This document shows, piece after piece, positions 52,244-64,000 of a DNA stretch of 64,000 nt. The translations under genes were made by a program, and so were the position numbers. Within the stretch, counting starts at the first letter, position 1, and the number at the start of each line of letters is the position of its first letter. This DNA is from Psammoneis japonica (lineage: Eukaryota): positions 558,001-622,000 of the forward strand of contig QPGO01000011.1 of assembly GCA_008632985.1 (NCBI GenBank). Direction: 5' to 3'. Below the pieces are notes generated by a model, which was given only the letters and a program-made list of their open reading frames with translations, made no database searches and had not been told where the DNA came from.

Positions 52244-52465
52244 GATCTCGATCTACCGTAGAGAAGCACCTCACTCTTAAAGCTTTAAGTGCCGATGTCG
52301 TACCGTATATACTGTGTAGAGGTTATTAGAGGTCGGAGGGAGAAATTGGAGGCAGGGAAGATCTCTGTACAATTCTACGTGGCTCAATATGGAGGTCGCT
52401 GCTCACTCTAACAGACTTCACACAACACACAACACATCTTTCTTCACATCGCACATACCCTAAAG

Positions 52466-53302
52466 ATGAGTGAGAATCCTGTTGTTTTCTTTGACATTAC
52501 AATTGGTGGTTCACCAAAGGGGCGCATTGAAATGCAGCTTCGTGCCGATGTCGTCCCCAAGACGGCTGAAAATTTCCGTTGTCTGTGTACAGGAGAAAAA
52601 ATGGGGCGTTCTGGCAAGCCGCTGCATTTCAAGACGTCGCCGTTTCATAGGGTTAGTATAGCCATGAGTTTAATTGTTGTGCAGTGTTTGTAGACAAACT
52701 CATGTGATAGTCCATACATGGACAACGAGTAAAGCTTTCGCCGCTGTTGCAGTATGCTTCCGTATGATTCATGAATTCGGTTACGTCAGAGCTCTTCCCA
52801 AATTCAACTTCTCTCATTAAAGAAAGCTTTGCTTTTGATGTGAATTTCGTAGGTTATACCGGGTTTTATGTGTCAGGGAGGAGACATAACTCGTGGTGAC
52901 GGAACGGGTGGTGATTCTATTTATGGAGAACGCTTTGCCGACGAGAACTTCAACCTAAAGCATGAAGGCCCCGGCACACTAAGCATGGCAAACGCCGGCG
53001 TAAACACCAATAGTAAGGACGAATGATGAATGCTATTTGCTTTTTAAAAGACAGATTGTTGGTAGTGGGCTCACTTACTAACTCTCAATTGCTCTGCTCT
53101 TTGCTCTTGGCCCGCTCTTTTACCTTTAGGTTCGCAATTCTTTCTTTGCACTGGCGAAACTCCTTGGCTGGACGGAAAACACGTTGTATTTGGAAAGGTA
53201 ATTTCAGGCATGGATGTCGTTTCGGCCATTGAGCAGGTTGGGTCGGAACAAGGGAGGACCCGAGTACCGGTCGTTATTTCAGACTCTGGCCAATTGAGAT
53301 GA
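52466..53302 (+). CDS. Cyclophilin-type peptidyl-prolyl isomerase, two introns
   Basis: [45 protein letters not shown] and [13 protein letters not shown] at 53300-53302. Confidence 0.95.
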
Positions 53303-53406
53303 GAATATGTAGCTCGAACTAATAGAATAGTGATTATTGCTAAAGTGCTACCTCCGTCGCGAGCTTTCCTCTCAACGAGAACGGGGACTACACAAGACCT
53401 ACTCTT

Positions 53407-54003
53407 CTAAAGCTGCTTGCCCAATCCGGAGTTTTCCGATTCTCTCTTATCCTTCCGGGGAGGCCCCTCGAGAATTGGAATCCTCGTTGTTGTGCTCTGC
53501 TTCTTCTTCTTTTTGGGAGCCGTCACTGAGAGAACCCCGTCGACGAAGTGTGCCTCTATCTGAGACGTATCGACATTGTGTTCCAGCGTAATGCGATAGT
53601 CGAACGTACTAGTCTCTTCCGCAGAGGACTCTATATCGCTGTTATTTCTTTTCTTGGTAATGAGCTTGTGTTCTCCTCCCGAGACATGAAGCACCCGATT
53701 GTCATCTTCGAGTTCAACTTCAATTTGACTCGCTTTTTGAATGTTCGGCGGCATGATCATGACAACCCGAAAGGAGTCTTTGTCACTTTGAATTTTCGTT
53801 CCGGGTGGCGACAGGTCCATGGACATCAAGTCACCAGCTAAGAGACGATCAATCTTGGCAACGTCGTCAAAGAGCCGCATCAAAGAATTTCTATCAGCAA
53901 CGCCGGGATCACGATGCCTGGGATGGAAAAAGGCCGCATGTACAGGAAAGAGTTCATCTAACCCTGCAAAGGGGTGGGTGTGGTTGTATTTGTTCAACGC
54001 CAT
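53407..54003 (-). CDS. Small heat-shock protein (HSP20/alpha-crystallin domain)
   Basis: ATG at 54003; IEVELEDDNRVLHVSG..VDTSQIEAHFVDGVLSVTAPKK. Confidence 0.82.
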   Translation of the reverse strand: MALNKYNHTHPFAGLDELFPVHAAFFHPRHRDPGVADRNSLMRLFDDVAKIDRLLAGDLMSMDLSPPGTKIQSDKDSFRVVMIMPPNIQKASQIEVELEDDNRVLHVSGGEHKLITKKRNNSDIESSAEETSTFDYRITLEHNVDTSQIEAHFVDGVLSVTAPKKKKKQSTTTRIPILEGPPRKDKRESENSGLGKQL

Positions 54004-54175
54004 GGTCTGCGTTTGATGTCGTCGACTTTCTGAGAAGAGATCACGAAAAGAAAACGCGAACCCTGGTGTCAACCGAAATACGCAAACGCCACACGCACGC
54101 AACAAGGACAAGAGAACAAAGAATCCGCATTTCCATGTTTTCACATGCATCCGTCTAAAGGATGTTTCTTCATTA

Positions 54176-55348
54176 TTATTTGTACTCGAACATGCACAAT
54201 CTAAATATGATCGAGAATAAGAATAGCGCAGCTTCATCATCAGGGATACCAGGCATGCAAGGATGGACGTCTGGAGGTTCAGTGATCCAAGGGTTGTCAG
54301 CTCCAAAATATCTTCCTACGTCTCGTTGCTGAATCCTTTGCAGCTGATTCTTGAGAGCACTGTAGTTATGCCAACACGACTGATCCTTCGCAAATCTTCT
54401 CAGTTTCTTGATAGCGCCAATGACATAGCAACTATAGCTTAGATCGGAAACGTTCAGTCCAACCATGGCCTTGTAGCTTTCAGACGTGTTGCCTAGTGTC
54501 CACGGGTGAAAGCTGAAATAGACCCGAAGCGCGCTATTGTACTCCATCATTGCCAGATTATCATAGCATGGGCCTCCAAGATGATCTGTGGTCATTGATA
54601 CACCTGGTTCAAAGAACTGTTGGTGATCCTCAGGCACACCAACACATAGGGGAATAGGTCGTTTGTCAAGTGGAAGGGGAACAATCTTCCCGTACTCATT
54701 CATTTGGTATGGCTTGTGGTGACGCTGTTTCAGAGCTTCGATACTGATATTCGCCCCGTCCTTCAACACAAGAGCCTTTGTAAGTTGGTTGTGATACTTA
54801 CAAGCTAACGCCTCAAATATTTGTCGAAGAAATGAATTACCGAAGAGCCCAACTTGCATGTACCGACTGCCATCTTTCTGTTTGGTGCGATGGCTGCCGG
54901 TCCGCCCAAATCATCAACTACCGCCATGACATCACAGAGAGTACTCTCATCATCAGGGTCAGATTGTAGGACGAATTTCCATTCGTAAGCTTTGGCTTTC
55001 GTTTTGTTCGTGTTTCGCAGTTGTATCTCGGTTTCATAATGAAGCATGAGTTGTGGTTGTAAAACGGCTTGCGTCCTGGTATTCGAATGTATCTACCGTG
55101 CTTCAAACTCAGTGTTCTACCCCGAACATATTGTCGGCATTCTTCAGGAAGTATTGGTGGCGATAATGCACCATTTACTTTGTCAGCAAGCAGGATCGTG
55201 TCTGTATGTGACGCACCAATAGGATTGGAAATGACTGAATCTCGGAATTTGGTCCCAACTATAACAAGACATCCGACGACTAATAACGATAAACTTTTGG
55301 TATAATCCTACATTCAGGATGATTATTTTGCATCATTAGGGAAGCCAT
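54176..55348 (-). CDS. Putative SGNH/TBL-like (PC-esterase) polysaccharide O-acyltransferase/esterase, several frameshifts
   Basis: GNSFLRQ and DVHPCMPG resemble the GDS and DxxHxCxPG motifs; the N-terminal TM and Cys region are spread over three frames. Confidence 0.5.
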
Positions 55349-56196
55349 TGCCGCAAGCAAAATGATGGTCTCGCACGTCTTTCTCTCGCTTGTTGCGAAG
55401 AGTTGCGATTTTGATTTTGGCGATGAAAAGAAGTGAGACGAACGCTAATTAAAATTTTAATCTACGTTTCTGTATGAAAGTGAATAAGTTCCGAGTCGTG
55501 AGTCGTCATGCGGGCATGAGCTGAATGAAATACATGATAGGTCATACATCATAGTGCTACACTGGAGATAGTCTAGAAGTAGCATAGCTAAGCTATTCTC
55601 TCTAACGGTAGCTCTACTAGCTCTAGTAGCTCTCTCTCTCTTAGCGAGCTCTAGAGGGTAGAGCACTGAGCACAGCTCCAGAGCTAGCACTATCAAGCTA
55701 GACCTACAGCTATAACGCTACTTCCCTTTCACTACTCTCCTTTCTTAATCGTCGCCTCAGGTCAAATCAAGTCCGAGCTCCAGGCGGCACGGAATTTTTG
55801 CCTTGCTTGGAACTGATAGTGACACCATAACGCATTTTTCGAAGTTCCTGCACAGCGACCTCTACTAGAGACCAACAACTCAAGTGGCCACCGCAACGGA
55901 ATAGGGCACATGGTGGCTGGCTGCTGTACGATTGCTTCAATAATTTTAAAATTGGATAAGACCGAATGGAGTAAGGGAATGGAGACAAGCGCGAAGTCTA
56001 CCACCAGGCGTTTTGCTGCTAATGCTCCGAACACCTAGCTCTCCAGATATTTTAACATTCTTTGTAAAGGCAATTTCTGTAGAAAGCCGTTTTAAATGCC
56101 TGGTTCTAGCCTATCTTACACTACAGCAAGTTCTCCATTCAATGCTCGCTGCACTGAACAATCGCTGCCAACAACACAATCATGTCAATTTCCTCT

Positions 56197-58547
56197 TTAT
56201 CCCGCCATGGCTGGAAGGATAAAGTGAAACATTCCAAGCTTGGCCTGCAACGGGTTGGAACTGAGCGGAGTGCTACCATCGTCACCGAGCTGCACAAAGT
56301 TGTACTCTCCTTGCATTCGTGCCACAACGGGTGTCTTTTCCAACATGGGGCGGACCGACAGAGGCGCGGTACTGGTGTATTCAAAGCTCTCGCCAGGCTT
56401 TAGAATGGGCTGTCGTCCCGTCACGCCGGGTCCCTGCACCACGTCCTTGTTAGCACTGCCAATGGTTTGGATTTCAAACCGACGAGACACGAGCTGAATG
56501 GACTTGTCGGATTCATTCGTGATGCGAATGTTGTAGGCAAAGCAGTGCTTTTCCTGCGCCTCATCCGAGCGTTCCGGCTTGTACGAGGAAGAGACATTGA
56601 CGCGCACGTCGTCCGTAACGGTTTCCGACGAATCCTCAAGCTTTACTTTAATATCGCCCGTTTTCATATCATCATCACCAGGAAGAGTTGAAGCGGGCGT
56701 GGCGGACGGAGTCGACTTGGTAGGAGTCTTTGTCTTGCTGGCGGCGGGGCTCTCGTCCTCCTTCTTCTTCTTCTTCCTCCTCGTCCTCATCATCTTCATC
56801 CTCGGTAGTGCTACGGAATGGTTTGACACGCTGGTCTTCGGGAAAGATGAAGTGAAACATCCCCAACTCGGCGCTCTCGTTTCCACCCTCGGACACTTGC
56901 TCTGGCGTGGCGGTCTCTTGTCCCTCATCCAGTTTAATGTATCGGTACTCACCCTTCATGCGTGCTGCAATAATCGTGGTTCCAATCGGTCGGACACTCA
57001 GGGGCGCCGTCGACGTGTACTCGAATACTTCGCCGGGTTTGAGGATGGGCTGACGTCCCGTGACACCTTCTCCCGACACGACATCCTTCATACTGCTTCC
57101 GACCGTCTGGATTTCAAAGCGACGACCTAAAAGCTGCATGGTATCTGTCTTGGAGTTGTTGGTGATGCGGATCGTGTACTGAAAGCAATGCTTGCGCATG
57201 GCTGGATCCGACTGTTCCTTGTTGTAAGTCGAGGTGACTTCCACCTCCAGAGGCCCGTGACTGTCTTGGAGGAATCCTTGATTTCTAAGTCATCAGGAAG
57301 TTCTCCTCGGGTCACGTCCGTGTCTCCCGGAAGACGGGGGCGTCCACCCGATGCTTCAGCGGCGGCTGCCTCGCGGGCACGATCGGCACTGGACTTGCGC
57401 TTGCTCTTATCCGCGGTATCGGGAGTATCCATCGATGACGACAAGCTCTCGGCAGCTTTACCGAGTTTCTTGTTGCGCTTCATCCTCAAAACCTCCTCCT
57501 TGGCCTCCTTCATGGCCTTTTCAAGTGACTCAGTACGAGACATGGGAGTGTCGGGCATATCTCCCAAAATCTCCTTGGCTCGCTCTCTCTTCTTCTTATT
57601 GTCTTCTTCAATTTCACCCTGAAGACGCCTCATGAGTCGCTCTCGGCGTTCCCTCGCTTCCTTGTCTTCTCGCACACCCGGATTGCGCATGTCTTCCTCA
57701 AACTGTCTCTTTTCGTTTTCGATATTTTTTTGCCGCTCCGCCATCATGGCTCTGCCTCGTGCTGCTCGTTCCTTGCGCACTGGCGTTCCATCATGGCTGT
57801 GGCACGAGTCGGTGAAATGCCAATATCGAAAATTTCAGTGTGCACCGCATATCCACGGGGATGTTCGGGAACACCCGGAGGCGGACCACCTAGTTTTTTA
57901 ATCAACTTTTCGAGATACTCCACGTCTTCTTGTGGCTTGCCCAACTGAATAGCTTCTTGCAAACGCTCATTGAGTCGAAACCACGGATCCGACTTGGTAC
58001 GGCGCTTCAATCGTTATTGGCTTCAACCCATCCGCGTGATCACGTCTCATGCGCAAATCGGGCAAATCGTTCTTTTTGATTTGACGCATCACGTTGAGAT
58101 TCTCCTTGCGCTCGTCCTGAGACATTTTCTGTACGAGCTGATCGTCGGGAATTTCATCCTTGTTTTCCTTGAAGTACCGAGACGGACGGGGCTTGATTAC
58201 GGGATTGGGATCATTAGGATCCAGCGTGAGACCTGAAAACGGTGAAGCCGCCCTCGAGTAGCTGCGAGTCGCTGACAAATCTATATCGTCGTCATCGTCG
58301 TCGTCTTCATCCTCATCTTCATCTCCTCATCGTCATCTTCCTTATCATCGTCCATTCCAAGAAAGCCTGCATACAATCGACTGCTGCTCGTGTTGGAAGC
58401 AGCAGAAGAAATGACGTCGTAGGAAGTGTACTGGATCCTACCAAAAGCCGCCGACCGAACCATACCGACAGGTGTAAAGGCATCACAAAAGGGTGACGAT
58501 GTTGCTGCCGCCACAATCGCACCAAGAGCAAGTGTGCTGGGTTTCAT
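56197..58547 (-). CDS. Plastid-targeted protein with two C-terminal ApaG domains, several frameshifts
   Basis: Signal peptide followed by CDAFTP; two copies of HCF[Q/A]Y.IRITN..QL..RRFEIQT..V.G.GVTGRQPILKPGE.FEYTSTAPL (ORFs 56675..57244 and 56197..56952). Confidence 0.8.
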
Positions 58548-59014
58548 ATTGTAACTGTGCTATAGTAAGAGAAAGATTGAGCAACAAATATCCCTTTCAC
58601 AACAACAGCACCGCTTTCTCGTTGTGAAATGAGGGTGTGCACCAAAATTATGACTTGGTACACGTTCACGTACATTTCTACACGCCGGATCTCTGTCGAT
58701 TTTCGATTTGCTGCGTCAATCACAGCATGTACCAGATCCTCTGTAGATTCTACCGTCGGTAGCCGGAATTCAAATCAAAATTTCGCAGCTGGCAAGGTGA
58801 CGTCACCGCGCAGGCGCTATTCCGATCATCATAAAGCACACGTGCCCATACAAAAAACCCGCTTGCATCCCCCTCAGAGTGCGAACAAAACCCGTCAAGC
58901 ACAGAACTCTTGTCCCATGAGAGCACAGCTCTTCCAAGTGGCAAACTCAAAAGTGTCCTCCACTGCCAAGTTTTAGCAGCTGTGCACAGGTCATGGTGCA
59001 AGGGGCCAGCAAAC

Positions 59015-59115
59015 NNNNNNNNNNNNNNNNNNNNNNNNNNNNNNNNNNNNNNNNNNNNNNNNNNNNNNNNNNNNNNNNNNNNNNNNNNNNNNNNNNNNNN
59101 NNNNNNNNNNNNNNN
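59015..59115. other. Assembly gap (~100 N)
   Basis: Run of n characters. Confidence 1.
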
Positions 59116-59274
59116 GGGGGGGGGCATGTGCATTTGTGTGGTTCTGGTTGGAGCATGTGTGTGTGGAAAAGAAAGCCAGCATGACCACATGGTCAGCAAT
59201 GCACAAGGCAAGCTGTGTGCCAGTCATTGTGAGGCAAGTTGGGCTGTGGCCACAACAGACGGGTTCCAGTCCCA

Positions 59275-59642
59275 GGTGGGACTCCGTGTGACATTGGGCC
59301 CGTAGAATTCTGCGTGCGAGCTCTGCAGCAAATTCATGCTGCAATGAAAATGCAAATGAAATGATCGCCAACAGAAAAAGAGGCAATTTTACCAACGCAT
59401 TTCCTCCTCCATGCTTGAGGTGCATCGTTGATGGTTTGCCCGGGTGCATTCGTCAGACATCAAAGAATGTGCCCAGTGCATTTTCATTGTCACAAATGTT
59501 GAAAATAGAAAGCCTTTGGCTTTGCAAAACAGAGAGTGTGAAACAATTTCGGAGAACACAACACGCAGAAATGTGCGTGCGCGACATGCGACGCGATCCA
59601 AAAAACTGTTGATGTCACAGTGCAGCAGTGCGAGGTCCCACC
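59275..59642. mobile_element. MITE-like element copy 2 (368 bp)
   Basis: Same termini and CA flanks as 3714-4076. Confidence 0.8.
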
Positions 59643-61171
59643 CAGAGCTGGAATGCATCAACATCACAAAGGATGGGGACCAGCGCTGGGGTGCTGGCCC
59701 AAAGCAGCAAGGTGGCATGGGTCTTGTTTGTGATGTGGCATGTTTGGCAGCATGGGTGCAGAAGTTGGCAAAGACTTGGGTGTGATGGGAGCAGGGTTTT
59801 TGAACTCTCTCTTGTGAGGCAGGGCCCAAAGAGTGTTCACCACACAAAAACCTCAACCCGCCACCAGAGTTGCTCTTTGGACAAGTCTTGACAAAACCAA
59901 TGTGGGGTTGCCGAGGGTCTGGGTGGAGGACCTTGTGTGGAGTTGAAGGCAATTTTCATTCTGGCAACAGAGGATTGCTGGCTCTGCCGCTTGCAAGTGG
60001 TGGCTGAAGAGGCCCCTGGCACCTGGGAGGCAGCCAGTGCCATGATGGAGTGGAGCTCACCCTGGTGGGCTGTGTCAATTGGTGTCAATGGCCAATCTCT
60101 TCTGCATCAGCAGAGTGTTGTGGATGAGAGTTCAGAGGCAGTTAGAGCAATGCAGTGTCAATGATTCAGCCAAGGGGAAGCTTTGCCTGAAGTTTGACAT
60201 GCGGTGCTCTTTGGCAGCTTTTTTGCTGAGATGGGAACCCACGCTGACTGGAGTCCTTGGTGTCAAGGACACATCTCATGGTTGGCATGGAGAAGCATGC
60301 ATGACAAACTTGGTTGATGTGACAAGTGCTGCTTTGAGCAACAGCAATGCAGTCATAAAATGTGGCTTTGTGGTGTTTGCCAGTGTGTGGGTTAAATGGT
60401 TTGTCAGGGTGGGACCACACGTTTGTGTGACATTTGCCCATGTTCCTTGTGAAGGTCTGGGAGACAGCAGCAGCTGTGCTGGCATTGGCTGGAGCTGGCA
60501 ACAAGGGCAGTGCAACAGCTGGTGTGACATCAAAGAGTGTGTGGCTTGAGCAGCAGGTGCCATGGCTCATCATGCCAGTTGAGGAGATGCAGTGATTGGC
60601 TTTGTGTGACATCAGTGATGGCTTCAATGGCAGTTGCAAAAATGTGGTGGTGACCACTTGGTCCAGCCAGCTGCCAAAGAAAAGACCATGGAGAGCTGCT
60701 CTCTCTCCAAGAAGGTCTGGCCAAGGCTGGAAAAGAGATGCTGAGCTCTGGAGCATCAGGAGTGTGGGCCTGCACATGGCAAGCTCATCAGCAAGAGGAG
60801 CAATCTTGATGAAGCACACTGTGATCCACAGCAAGAGTCAGCGCAGACCACCTGGGTGATGAGTCACTTGAGCACCTGGCCACAAACTGCACAGCTTTGG
60901 AGGGTGAGAAGCAAAGTGTCTTCTTGTTCAAACCACAGTGGGAGGGGCCAACAATGGCTTGGAGCCACTGCTCACCATGATGTGGCATGATGCCAGCAGG
61001 GCTGGTGGACAGGTTTGGGAGGTGTCACATCCAGATGTGTAGAAAAACCATCCAGAATGCCTTCTGGACCATGTTTGCCATCCAATCATGTGAGAACTCT
61101 TGACACACACAGGTGGGCTTGCAGGAGCCGCCTTGTGCTGCCACTCTGCATCTTTGTGGTGTGCCAAGGAC

Positions 61172-61173
<2 letters not shown>

Positions 61174-61248
<75 letters not shown>
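61174..61248. repeat. (TG)n microsatellite, ~37 units
   Basis: Directly visible. Confidence 0.98.
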
Positions 61249-61249
<1 letters not shown>

Positions 61250-62286
61250 TGTTGATCATGACTGGCATGCCACAGCTGCCTGGCTGATGGACCAGATGTT
61301 TTGTGGGATGGTGCACAAGGTGTTTGCAGTCAGCAAAATCACTGCACCCCTGACATTGATGGAACAATGTGGTCAAAAGTCACATCAGCTGAGCAGCCCA
61401 GCATTGCTTCCTCCTGCAAGCAATGTCACCAGCTGGTTTGTCTGTCACACAGCTTTGGGAGCCAATGGCACAACTCGCCAATGCTTGTTGCCAGAAGCTG
61501 GAGCAGAAATGACTGTGGAGCAGTTGGCACCTGTTCTCACAGGCATCATTGTGATCAACTTTTTGGCTGGTTTTGTGCCATCTGCAAAAGCAGGACATCT
61601 TCTTTGGTGCACAGCCGGTGATTTGCTGCTCAGTTTTTGTTGCATGCCCCCCCCCCCCCCCTTGCACGGCAAGCCAGACATGCAGGGCAGCTGCCAGCTG
61701 CAGTGGAGGCTCACAGGAAGATGCACACTGCTGCAACTGTTGCAAGAAGAATGGGCACAACACCATTGCAATGAGAGCCTCACTCTGGAATGCAGACAAG
61801 GAGAAACTGGAATTGGGTGGTTGCGACCACCTCACACCATCTCACTGTGTCTCCTGGAAAAGCTTGAGTCTGGCACAGCACCTGTCGTACAGAAGCTTTA
61901 TGAGAAGACAGCCCAATCAATGGATTTCACTGAGGAGAAAGCAGACAAACCCAAGTTCCAGACGAGAATCTGGAATTGGCTGGTTGCGACCACCTCGCCA
62001 TCTCACTGGGTCTCCCGGAAAAATGGAGGATGAATGAAGATCCGATGGCAAAAGAGAAGCTTGTGGAAGGTGTTCGCAATTTCCCGAAGCACATTGTCAA
62101 ACTCGAGGACATCGTCAAGTCAAAGATGGCCTAGAGAGCACATGCAAAACATCTCGTGCCAATTGAATAGATTTGATTAGAGTGGATTCATTAAGTCGCA
62201 TCTACACGAACCTCAGTGCCACACAAGTGTGTCATGTGGCAGGACCTGCAGGATGGTCGAGGTGGAAGAAAAAAGCACACTTGAAT

Positions 62287-62883
62287 CTAAATGCAACAGA
62301 AAAGGATGCACTGTTTGCAGTCAAATTGTCGAAGGCGTTCAGCTGAGGATTTTTTCCTAGACTCACTTCTCACCACAGCTTGAAGGGTTGCATTCGAAAT
62401 GTCTACACCACTGGCCACAATCAGAACAGCCTTTCCTTCTTCTAACACTTCTCGGTAGACCGCACCCCAGTCTTGTCCGCTTTTGACATCCGGGATGCCC
62501 GTCCTTTTAACCTTGGGGTCGGCTTTGCGGATCTGCCCTGTAGGAGAAATAGATTCATGCTTCAATCCGTATGTCTCTGCCATTTCATGGACCAGTCGAC
62601 GATAGTATGAGTTCAATGGAGGCGACACATAGTAATCCGGACAGAAGTTTTCCGCAAGTTGCAGACGTCGGCATTGGTTACGGACTTCTCCGATAATTCG
62701 ATCGTGAGTTGCTCGAGCTCGAAGTTGATTGGAGCAGTAGTCTTTTGAGACTTCACCATCGTCGTCACCGCACCCCTCCGCTCTCGAGCACCGCCCAACA
62801 TTCGGATCTAACCCCTCAACACGCTGCTGTGCCAATGCCCAAGCATCCTTAGTATCTTCTGTTGAATCATTCTGTTCTGGCAT
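62287..62883 (-). CDS. R3H-domain protein
   Basis: PPLNSYYRRLVHEMAETYGLKHES is a canonical R3H (RxxxH) motif. Confidence 0.72.
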   Translation of the reverse strand: MPEQNDSTEDTKDAWALAQQRVEGLDPNVGRCSRAEGCGDDDGEVSKDYCSNQLRARATHDRIIGEVRNQCRRLQLAENFCPDYYVSPPLNSYYRRLVHEMAETYGLKHESISPTGQIRKADPKVKRTGIPDVKSGQDWGAVYREVLEEGKAVLIVASGVDISNATLQAVVRSESRKKSSAERLRQFDCKQCILFCCI

Positions 62884-63165
62884 GTCTCCTTCTTGTTGGA
62901 AAACCTCTTTTCACGACTGATAATGCTGGTATAGAGAGTCCACCGCCTTCGTCAAGCTCAATATGCGATCGTACCTTCTGCCGCATCATCGTTTTAGTTA
63001 TTATTGCCTTCGATCGCTACCGTTTACAGTGTATTGTTGCGCTCTGCGATGATTCGTCGTCAGTCCTCTGTGTAATGCGCAACGAAAAGTGCAACGCGAC
63101 GAAGTACCATACGGTAACAACAACAACACTGCTGCTGCTACTGCTGTTATAGGATTTCCAACACC

Positions 63166-64000
63166 ATGAGCAATAATTACAACAACAATACTGCAGATGC
63201 CACTCGTTCTGCGTTTGCAGACATGGATTTAAGCGAGCAACGCCATTACCGAGACATGGTTCAACAGGAAGGCATGCGATGTTCCGATCCAGACATTCCT
63301 TCTTGTGATGCATGTGGAAAAGAGTGGTCCGGTAAACTTGTATGCAGTGGTTGTCAATCGAGTTTCTATTGTTCCAAGCAGTGTTCTAAAGCAGCCTGGA
63401 AAGAAGGAGGACACAAGCAGGCATGCAAGAGCATGGCGGAGACGTGTGCTCGAACGGGAAAACACGTGGTGGAGACCATGATGAAGTATTCAAGTGGTGC
63501 GGGTGCAAAGACCGTAGATTTTGGTATTTTGCTCATGGACTTGGATTTAGCAGGGAATTACAATGTCGCGGTAGACGTGGGGCTTCACAGAGCTACCCTG
63601 GAATTCTTTAAGCAAGAAGCGAATGATGCGGTCTTGTTGCGAAAATGGCGCAACGCATCATCCAGTGCCGGTCTTGGTTTCTCCAACACACGCAACATTG
63701 TGGTTACTTTGTTTCGTGGACAACGCATGGAAGGTCGTGCGCGTGCCAACCGCACTAGCACAACTCGCATTGACAGTCACCGCATCATCAAGTACCTCAA
63801 AAGTAATGAGGAAGCGCTGAATGTTTGGTTGGATGCCAGCATGGCCACGTTTAAAATTCCTTTTCAAAAGTCATTGAATCCTCAACATCAAAAACTGGCG
63901 CATCGACTCGCCCGTGATGTATTGCGTGGATGGAACCAAGTCTTGACCAATGCACGGGCTGCTCGTTATGTTTTGTTGGGTCGCAAAAAGAAGCCGGACG
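63166..64000 (+). CDS. MYND zinc-finger protein, runs off the window
   Basis: Manual translation from ATG at 63166: CDACGKEWSGKLVCSGCQSSFYCSKQCSKAAWKEGGHKQAC. Confidence 0.85.
   Translation, partial: MSNNYNNNTADATRSAFADMDLSEQRHYRDMVQQEGMRCSDPDIPSCDACGKEWSGKLVCSGCQSSFYCSKQCSKAAWKEGGHKQACKSMAETCARTGKHVVETMMKYSSGAGAKTVDFGILLMDLDLAGNYNVAVDVGLHRATLEFFKQEANDAVLLRKWRNASSSAGLGFSNTRNIVVTLFRGQRMEGRARANRTSTTRIDSHRIIKYLKSNEEALNVWLDASMATFKIPFQKSLNPQHQKLAHRLARDVLRGWNQVLTNARAARYVLLGRKKKPD

Larger units (their letters stand above)
58860..62330. mobile_element. Block D: hypermutated repeat-derived DNA with MITE copy 2, an assembly gap and (TG)n
   Basis: TA/CG depletion by eye; a faint RNase H-like stretch on the minus strand (AHQGELHSIMAL) could come from a non-LTR element but is weak. 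Confidence 0.65.

Noticed and set aside
59650..60900. LINE/RNase H remnant on the minus strand
   Set aside because: Only one or two degenerate motif-like stretches; not enough to call a family.

Overview
Eukaryotic nuclear DNA, most likely from a pennate diatom (inferred from short GT-AG introns, compact genes, a signal-peptide/AF-type plastid-targeting N-terminus and diatom-like gene families). About 20 ordinary host genes are present: serpin, PhyH dioxygenase, a large secreted Pro/Thr- and Lys-repeat protein, DUF1997, PDZ protein, mitochondrial carrier, FUSC-like transporter, copper radical oxidase, enoyl-CoA hydratase, CHD remodeller, ADH class III, amino-acid transporter, BioA, cyclophilin, HSP20, double-ApaG, R3H and MYND proteins. 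They are interrupted by four sharply bounded blocks (~1.56-4.6, ~20.3-29.7, ~44.7-49.0 and ~58.9-62.3 kb) in which TpA is almost absent, CpG is reduced and TpG/CpA is abundant. Aligning repeat copies and TIRs inside the window shows TA->CA/TG as well as CG->TG/CA changes. This points to a repeat-targeted hypermutation process running opposite to fungal RIP. One block holds a 6.5-kb element with 25-bp TIRs carrying decayed zinc-finger, PhyH-type dioxygenase and DOT1-like methyltransferase genes. Two copies of a ~365-bp MITE-like element are also present. Several host genes have single-base indels, often in homopolymers, that look like assembly errors, and there is one ~100-N gap. Block boundaries and dinucleotide biases were judged by eye, not computed.
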